Positions 54,911 through 64,000 of a stretch of DNA of 64,000 nucleotides are shown here, piece by piece (the stretch's first letter is position 1; each line of letters begins with the position of its first letter). Under the pieces are notes generated by a model that saw only the letters and a program-made list of their open reading frames with translations, did no database searches and was not told the DNA's origin. This DNA comes from Eledone cirrhosa (Eukaryota). Made by a program: the position numbers and the translations under genes. The stretch is taken from contig OZ024753.1 of the NCBI GenBank assembly GCA_964016885.1, positions 20,088,001 through 20,152,000 of the forward strand, written 5' to 3'.

Positions 54911-54953
<43 letters not shown>

Positions 54954-54996
54954 ATAAGAAACGGAGAATCAGTGATGCGACGAATAAAATTTATTA

Positions 54997-55092
54997 GACA
55001 TATTACAATCGTTTCTCTGGCGACCAGCTCGAGGCACGATCGATGCAATGATTGAACCTGACTCTGAAATCGCAAGGTCCTCAGATACGTCT
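54997..55092 (-). ncRNA. Type I hammerhead motif
   Basis: AGACGUAU-CUGAGGA-C-CUuGCGA..UCGCcAG-A-GAAA-CGAUUG-UA-AUAUGUCU; element bounded by the short inverted repeat tcacataagaaac / gtttcttatgtga. Confidence 0.75.
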
Positions 55093-55225
55093 CGATTCTA
55101 CGAAGCAGACTTTCCAAATGACCAGTTACACCCTCGGTTTCTTATGTGATATCTTACTCTGCTCTATGAGAATATCGAGTGCTCAAACGGCATACCGCTT
55201 ACGGACGCTTTAAGCATCCCATACC

Positions 55226-55303
<78 letters not shown>

Positions 55304-55321
55304 AGGGAGTGTAACTTGGAG

Positions 55322-55365
<44 letters not shown>

Positions 55366-55779
55366 TTTAAATTTTGAAGGCAGCTGGTGGACTGACCAGA
55401 CATGGTAAAATTCATGAAGAGATACCCCTGGCGGTATTGGCTGGAGACAGGTAGTTAATGTGTAACATTTTAGAAGTACCTGCAATACAAAAGTGGGTCT
55501 GAAATGTCACCTGTGCACATGACCGTGCAATGTTCAATGAAGAAATGACACTTCTGACAAGAAGAAGCAATCAACACACACTCACACACACGAACACATA
55601 TGTGTGTGTGTGCGTGTGAATGTGTGTATATGTATGTACAGGCATATATGAGCTCTAACAGCAACGAACATCTTCGTGTGACGCTAAACTCCGCCAGGTG
55701 TAGACTGCGCATCAATATATGATATCTCTCTCTACAAAGTTCGATCACCAACAGCAGAATTCAAAGAGCAAAGATCAAG

Positions 55780-55960
55780 TCCAGTCCATAGGTTGACATT
55801 ATCAAGCCCTCATTTTAGCTGCCGACCTCTACTTTTCTTACCAGCCAACCATCCTTCCAGGCATAACCTACTCACACTACGAGTTGATATTTTTATATGA
55901 CCGTATAGTTTGAGTACTCTTCACTTGACAATTGATGTAATTGGTCTAAGTCTGGTAATG
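55780..55960 (-). pseudogene. Old RTE-like LINE 3' fragment
   Basis: Minus-strand translation gives LKLYGHI..LCLEGWLAGKKSRGRQ..LDNV, resembling the RTE ORF2 C-terminus. Confidence 0.5.
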
Positions 55961-56329
55961 TTGAGCAGCTCACTGATACACATACGACCTTCCCCGAATT
56001 TTATTCGATCTTCTCAGCATATTGGCCTGGCAAAAATTGTTTAATAAAGAAATAGGAACGAAATAAGTATCTGATTCTATACGGAAATAAAGATGCGAAA
56101 ATGTCTGGAGGAAACATACTGCAATTGATTTGTCGGTAATAATCCTAGAAGAGAATCCTAGATATTTACACAACTACAACAATGTAAATGTAGAATTGGA
56201 AAGACATGTCATATATTTTCGCGTTCTCACTCACAAATTTATGTTTGATTTTTTTGATTTTTTTATTTTTTTTTTTTAAGATGGAAAAGTTATTATTTTA
56301 CTTTTATGGATTAGGACAATGGGATTGAT

Positions 56330-56700
56330 GAGTTAATATCTGTATACAACAACTACAACGGTACGCGATGGGGCCCACCCACAGCCCCGGCGGACAGAAT
56401 GGAGAAGGCGTTTCCCCGGAGGACGGCAAGGGAGACGCGCTGGAAAAGTCACTCCAAATCGCGGGGTTCTCAAACCTGCGGCTGACCAGCTCAGCGCCTA
56501 TGGTGGTGAGTAAGGGGGTAGCCCTCGGGCCGAGGACACCAGAAGTCTGCACTGTTAGGGGTACGACCGCAAACCTGTCGGAGAGCGACCGGTATTTGAG
56601 GAGTTTGGCCCCCTCAGCCCGACGTGCAGCAGAACCTGGGTCAGGCGCAGACTGCTCCAGGCTGCGGCTGCAGAAAGTGTCTGAATCTAGAGAATATGCG
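56330..56700 (-). pseudogene. C-terminal restriction-like endonuclease region of a CRE-type non-LTR retrotransposon
   Basis: DTF..GSAARRAEGAKLLKYRSL..FAVVPLTVQTSGVLG, then in a shifted frame LFQRVSLAVLRGNAFSI. Confidence 0.75.
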
Positions 56701-57219
56701 TGAGATGACACGTCTTATTTCCTTAAAGAACTACGGCTTTCTTGGGTTATTATTTTTAAAATGTCTAACATAATTATGTTTGCCAAGAATTCTAGATACA
56801 AACCTAATGTAATAATTTGTTTAGTGTAGTTGGTGGCTTCCAAATAGTTCTATTTACTCTTTACTTTTTCTTCAATGAAATATTCATAGCAAGCAGCTGA
56901 ACTCTGTAACAGTACACCACCATATTTATGACTGACTAACATGTAGGTGTATATGTGTGTGTAGGTGTGTATGTAACTGTGTGCGTAGGTATATATATGT
57001 AAGTGTATATGTAGATATACATGTGTAAGTGTGTATGTATGTGTATGCGTGTATGTATGTATAAATATATGTGTACATATATTATGTATATGTTTATATG
57101 TGTAAGTATGTCTGTATGCATTCTTACATTATGTATGTTATTTATTATGTGTATCATGAGCAAAGTATCCCAGTTTCAACACATACATACACAATGATGT
57201 ATATGTGTGTGTGTGTATA

Positions 57220-57329
<110 letters not shown>

Positions 57330-57452
57330 AGTAATGTTTAACAACTCTTGCCTATTATTTCGGTTTGTGTATGTATTACATACGCATATATGTATGCACA
57401 TACATATATATATACATTAATGTATGTATACATGTATATATATAGCCACATA

Positions 57453-57511
<59 letters not shown>

Positions 57512-58160
57512 ATACATACATTAATGTATATATATATGTATGTGCATACATACATATACGCGCAAACCGAAATAATAAGCAAGAGTTGTTAAACATTACT
57601 TACAAGTTAAAGTGATTAAAGATAAGAATTTAGTTACAATAATATATTTCGAAGAAGTCACTACATAAATGTTCCTCATATATGTACAAATGACAGAGAG
57701 AATTAAATATATGACTAATTTTATAGAAATGACTATTTACTCAGATAAATGTGGGATTAGATGGCAGGACCTTCTGACTAGAAACTTATTTAAGCGACAT
57801 GATCGAGAACAGAAACTCCATTGCCTCTATGTTTGTGTATGTGAATTTCAAAGATATGCAAACGGAGATATATTTAAATATACAAACTCATTTGCATTTT
57901 CACTTAGCTAGTAATTTACATTGGTGTTTAACATATAGAGAACAAAAACGAAATGGCGTAGGTTTTGGTTTCCTCGCATCAGCTTCATTTCTACAATAGT
58001 AATTCTTTCACTGAACATAAAAAACTGTGAGGTTTGAAAACCTATTCTTTGGTAATATTGTAACCACCATGTTATATTTATTGTACAAGAACTGTACATT
58101 AAGGCGTTGGCGCTCTGATAAATTAGGAGTAGATATGTTAGTTATTCTTAGAATCTTTAT

Positions 58161-58242
<82 letters not shown>

Positions 58243-58483
58243 TAAATATAAATATATATATAAATTTCACACACCATGTAGAAATCTTATAATGAAACGA
58301 TTCGTTTGGGAAATGAGATCTTTAATATATCTCATATAAAATAATACAGCCAATTATCCACACAATACAATATAGTTAGCACCCAAACGTTTAACTGGGA
58401 ATATACTCCGGTATTTCCTTATGTTTGTTGAGTGAGTTGGAAATTGGTCTAGTATCGCTAATAGCTTTCTCCGTTTATGTAAT

Positions 58484-58514
<31 letters not shown>

Positions 58515-59431
58515 ACTTTATAAACAACAGTCAATCGTTTCATCCTAGCACAAGGCCGGGTTCATCGGAGTCAATGGTAAAGGTTAAAACACAAATATAA
58601 TATCAGAAGTTTGTCAAAGAACATTAGGAGGATACATAATATGGGAAGTAAGCATAAGTATCAATATTTATATCAGAAAAGATAGCAAACGTGGAAGAAG
58701 CATATGAACAATCGAGCATAAGAATGCAATAAAATGAAATCAGGGGCAGATAAAAGCATTAAGAATTAAAAAAACACGCTGGTATAGAAAAACATGCGGT
58801 TATAAAGATGTTAAGTATAGTGCAAGGTATATGTCATACTTAGTAAACAAACATATCGCAATAATTACAATAGATTATAAGGCTAATAAGAGCAGGTGTG
58901 TAGATTCAATAAATTTAAGAATATAAAAATACATCTCCAAAATATAAGTTCGACTGCGTATTTCAGTCATGAAGGTAAACTATTGTTTTTCAAAGGTAAT
59001 AATTGTTTCTACTTTTGGCACAAGGCCAGCAATTACTGGTACTTTGTTTTACCGACCCCGTAAGGATGAAAGTCAAAGTTAACCTCGGCGGGATTTCAAC
59101 TCAGTATAGCGAGGGCCGTAACTCTATGCGTCAAAGCATGGTGTCCGTCCCACTTCCGATACTGCCAATCCACTGAGTATAGACAGCAATATATATATAT
59201 ATATTTAAATAATAATAAAACGACGATTTCTTATGCCTTCATTATGTTTACTGTACCACAGCAGAGATGCGACGAGGTTTTGATCGATACAGATCGAACG
59301 TTGAGCTGATCAATAGCGAAAAGCGTGTGACTACTCAATAAAAAATCATCATTTTATTATTGTATTTACACTCTGTTTAGTTCTACACCTTTTTACAGAC
59401 TGGAAACTACGTGAAAGTACTGCAAGTTACA

Positions 59432-59521
<90 letters not shown>

Positions 59522-59525
<4 letters not shown>

Positions 59526-60705
59526 GTTTGAATATGTATAATAAAGCCAAAACAATGCAGGTATGGACATTGAAAAAGGAATGCAATTGCAAAAGATATT
59601 GTTGACAATTCGTCTTTTACCTTAGATTTATTTTAAACGTCCTTAATTTTCGAGATAATACCTCTTCTTCAGAGGGAAATAAAGGTCTCAAACCAGCCTT
59701 CTAAATATCTTGCCAAGCCATGCTGACAGGAAATAGTATAGAGTATCTGTGCTATCTCTAATGTCAAAGAGTTAAAATTAGGTGGATAAAGAGTAGTCTC
59801 CCTTTAAAAGGGGTTTGTTTAGGGTGGGGTTTTTATATACATGCCTGTTTAAGTGTGTGGGAGGATGCATGAAGGTGTAAGTATGTGAGTGTGTGTGTGT
59901 GAGTGTGAGAAGATAAGTCTATTCGTAAATGTGGGGGATAGGTGTTATCTGGTGTTAAAACTGGTTTTGTGTGTGTATGTGTGAGAGAGAATAAGTGGAG
60001 GTGTAAGCGTGTGTGTGTGTGCGTGCGTGTGTGTGTATGGGGTGTGTAAATATGGGGCTAGAAGCCCTATCAGGTTATAAATTGGGTGTTGAGTTCTAGT
60101 CTATTATTGATAGGTGGTTGTGTTTTATCTATAATTAGTGCTTCCTTAATTCTAAGATTGCCGAGGTTTCTTTCCTTAGTTTCTATCCTAACTGTTATGG
60201 TTACACATACACACACAAAACCAGTTCTAACACCAGATAACACCTATCCCCCACATTTACGAATAGACTTATCTTCTCACACTCACACACACACACTCAC
60301 ATACTTACACCTTCATGCATTCTCCCACACACTTAAACAGGCATGTATATTTAAAAAAAAAACCTAAACAAACCCCTTTTAAAGGGAGACTACTCTTTAT
60401 CCACCTAATTTTAACTCTTTGACATTAGAGATAGAACAGATACTCTATACTATTTCCTGTCAGCATGGATTGGCAAGATATTTAGAACGCTGGTTTGAGA
60501 CCTTTATTTCCCTCTGAAGAAGAGATATTATCTCGAAAATTAAGGACGTTTAAAATAAATCTAAGGTAAAAAACGAATTGTCAACAATATCTTTTGCAAT
60601 TGCATTCTTTTTTCTATGTCCATACCTGCATTGTTTTGGCTTTATTATACATATTCAAACGTCTATACATCATTACACAATGCTTCAAGTGAACTATAAC
60701 CTCCT

Positions 60706-60708
<3 letters not shown>
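59522..60708. mobile_element. PLE family A fold-back made of two pLTR arms only
   Basis: 59522-60202 (-) and 60203-60708 (+), both matching the 3' region of 39602-42092; (TA)n flanks. Confidence 0.9.
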
Positions 60709-60769
<61 letters not shown>

Positions 60770-63412
60770 TTTAACCTGAAGGATCACAAATCCAATTTCC
60801 GAACAACCACTCTATTCAGCTTTTTAACACTACGAAGTCCGATTTAGGTAGACTTAGTAAAACGATTCTTGATAGAATTATACCTGAAATTAGAAGTTTG
60901 ACCCCTCTTGCACTGTGGAACAATTCTTTCGCGGTGATTGATTGGTTCAACGGCATATGCAACAAGGAACATTGCCGTTTTATCCAAGTCGACATCAACA
61001 ATTACTACTCCTCCATCACTAACCACTTCTCCTTAGAGCTATCAATTTCGCTAAAACACTCACAGTGGTGATTAATTTCGACGACTCTATTTTGATTAAA
61101 TAATCAAATAGTACCCCATTCGACGTGAGTATGGGCGCCAGCGATTCTGCGGAGGTTACTGATCTTATCGGCCTTTTCCGTCTTTTCTCTATCAAGGACG
61201 AATTCCCCAACGCGGGCGGTGGTTTATACCGTGATGATGGTCTTTTGACCATGAGTAAGTGCAGACCTCGTGTTTGCGACAGGTTCAGAAAAGAACTCAC
61301 AGACTTCTTTAAAGGCTTCAACCTCTCTATACAGGTTGAAGCCAATCTCTCGGTCGTTAATTACCTCGACGTTACCCTCAATTTATTGAATGGGTTGTAT
61401 TACCCGTATAGAAAGCCGAATGATACGCTTAATTACATAAGTAAGCATTCCAACCATCCTGCCAGCATAACCAAGAACCTGGTAAGAAACGTTTCGTTGA
61501 GGCTTTCCTGCCTATCTATTAACGAGCATATTTTCAACGACCATTCCACTTATTACAATGAAGCTCTTGCTCGGAGTGGATTTGTCGATAAGGTAGCATA
61601 TACAGAGTACGAAAATAGATCTAGAAGAAATAGATCCCGTCGTATTTGTTGGTATAACCCACCATATAATATGGAGGTGGCCACACCATTAGCTAAGATC
61701 TTTCTTTCCCTTATTACGAAACATTTTCCCCCTACACATAAATATAGTAACATTTTTAATAGAAATACTATTAAAATTTCTTACTCTACGACTCCTAACC
61801 TTGCACATAATATCACAGCTTCAAATTTAGCTAAACTACCTAGCCGTAGGAACACGTGCAACCCTGAAGTTAGTACTTACTGTAATTGTAGGAATCGGGT
61901 TGATTGCCCCTATCCGGGAAATGCCTCTCTAGTAACATTGTCTACAAATGTAAGGTTGAAACACCCACGTCCCGTAGAGCCTACATAGGGTTAACCGCCA
62001 ATAGTTTCAAGCAGCGTATTTACATGCATACCCATTCTTTTCGTTACCCTCTAAGAAGGAATATGACGTCACTCTCAGCTTATATCTGGAGTCTAAAAGA
62101 CAACCACACCCAATATAAGTTACACTGGGAGATCCTAGCTAGGGCTAGATCGTATAACGGAAATAAAAGACCATGTGACCTCTGCGCCGCTGAGGCCCTG
62201 GAAATACTCTACGCCACGGACCACATCTTTAAAAAAAATCAGGCAATTTCGGCTTGTAAACATAAATTGCACAAAACTTTCCTGTATTACAGCCTCACGT
62301 TATACCCTAACGGATAGTACGATCTATACGTGGATATTTTACGTCTTGGTGTGGTAGCTAAGTATATGTTTTGTTTATACCATTACTTATTTGCATAGAT
62401 AAGTATATATTACCTGTATGTTTTGTGAAGGTACGATTACCTTCTCGTACAGTTATTTGATTGTATATGTTATGGCGTATAATTGTATATGTTCTGGTAC
62501 ATATGGTTTGGTTATGTGTATATGGGTGTTTTGCGTCTGTGTGAGTATGCAGGTTCGTACGTATGTAGGGTGTGTGTATATGTGTACTTCATGTTTTGGT
62601 TGACTTACTCTCCGAACATTTGTGTATTTACATGTAGGTATGTGTGTGTGTTTGTTATATACGTATTTATTTATTTATATACGTTTATTTAATTATTTAT
62701 TTATTTGTATACACGCATACACACACACATATTTATATGTGCGTGGTTTTGTATACCTATGGTAAGTGGTTTCGCGTATGCTTGTATGTACGTATTTGTA
62801 TGCGTGTATGTATTTATTTAATTTCTATTACCTCTGTATTGTATTTATTTACTTTGTTCTTAACTCTGAAGCGGAGATTCAATCGGTCTCCTAGTTAGAA
62901 TTTTAGTCTACGACTTCTGCTATACCATTTACGTGGTTTTGTCTTTGCGTGCTATTGTTCTCCACGCTCCACATATGACGTATTATCTTCGTTTTTTTCA
63001 TTCATTGCCAGAGAACGTCTCTATGAACCACCTAAGAGAACATTAGTCTACGACCTCTTTTATACCATAAACGTGGTTCTGTCTTTGCGCGTAATTTTTT
63101 TCACCGCTCCTATCTATGACGTATTATATATGTTTTTTCGCGGTCTTTGCCAGGGAACGTTTCCACGAACCAAAGTATCGTCTTCCTGTCTTCCTCCGGT
63201 TGCAACGTTTTTTGAAATATCCACTTCTGCGTTTACAGATTGACTTTGTTAGTTTCAGAGGATCCCGTTAAGGGTGAAAGCAGCGATTCTTTGCTTAAAC
63301 TTTAATCTGTTATTTTAATAAATATTTGCTCTACCGTTCTTATATATTTGATATATATTTATCCTTATCGAGCCCTCTTTTGATTTTAGTCTTCAAATTT
63401 ATTATTATAACT
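60770..63412 (+). mobile_element. Penelope-like element family B, 5'-truncated
   Basis: PLFS..RLINT.KS.LG region, MGASDSAEVTDLIG, LYRDDGL, NYLDVTLNL, SNHP, WYNPPY, frameshift, IVYKCKV..YIGLTANSFKQR; long 3' region with a 140-bp duplication (62903-63172). Confidence 0.9.
63251..63301 (+). ncRNA. Hammerhead-like motif with CAGA core in the family B 3' region
   Basis: AGUUU-CAGAGGA-U-CCC guuaa GGG-U-GAAA-GCA..UGC-UU-AAACU. Confidence 0.62.
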
Positions 63413-63430
63413 ATATATATATATATATAC

Positions 63431-63822
63431 ATTTTGTCGAGCCAAAATTGGCCAAAACTGCTACTATATTTCATAGTAACGGTTCGGCTGCTGTCTTCTT
63501 AACAAAACACTCCTCACTGATTAACCTCGATGTCACGTGATTGATTCTTTTGAATTTGCCACCAATGCAGTAAGCAGTGATTTTTTCAATTGCTTGGAAC
63601 TTAGTCCACGCTTTAGTTTTTTCCATCCACTGAATTATTTTTGTATAAGTTCCCTGTGTCCACGCATTGCCTGGAAACTTAGCTGAGAATAGACTTCCCT
63701 GATGACGAAAGGCTTCTCCGTAGGTTTCTTCGGAAACTATGTTTATTCCCTTTCAGAAACTAATTAGTTGGAGTGAAATTTTAGTAAGTAAGTTAATTTT
63801 TATAATTTTCTTATTTTACGTC

Positions 63823-63828
<6 letters not shown>
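63431..63828 (+). mobile_element. Dispersed partial copy of the 530-bp hammerhead unit (HHR at 63693-63774)
   Basis: Near-identical to 25697-26092; lies between (TA)n tracts. Confidence 0.88.
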
Positions 63829-63878
<50 letters not shown>

Positions 63879-64000
63879 GTATTAAATAAATGGTACGCTT
63901 TCATCAGATAAAATACGAAGTGTGTTTTATAAATTTTGACATAGCCAGGGAACATACCTTAACGGTTGAAGTGTTCCTTGGATATTTTCCACCGGTAAGG

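Noticed and set aside
55690-55751. RERYHILMRSLHL as a piggyBac transposase motif
   Set aside because: Too short, with no other transposase motifs or TTAA-flanked ends
62858-62902. CTGAAGC plus hairpin as a second family B hammerhead
   Set aside because: No GAAA or stem III follows the hairpin

Overview
Eukaryotic, AT-rich, repeat-saturated DNA, probably intergenic or intronic. The tRNA-derived SINE body and the extreme (TA)n/(CA)n load resemble an octopod cephalopod (inference). No host gene exon could be supported, and most ORF-track entries are microsatellite artefacts. The real coding remnants are retroelements: Penelope-like elements (PLEs; RT plus GIY-YIG, at least two families), an RTE-type LINE with an inverted 5' part, Tx1/L1-type ORF1 and ORF2 pieces, a CRE-type C-terminal fragment and a PHD-finger ORF1-like fragment. 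A non-autonomous Helitron, SINEs, mariner-like ends and minisatellites are also present. The most striking signal is non-coding: about 20 type I hammerhead ribozyme (HHR) motifs from about 10 sequence families, folded by eye. Several sit once per 450-590 bp ORF-less unit, arranged as partial tandems with an inverted arm and inserted into (TA)n. The best case is 24489-26200, with three tandem HHRs spaced 530 and 526 nt apart. This looks like a retrozyme-like or mini-Penelope system with unusual core variants. Element boundaries are approximate and ribozyme activity is untested.
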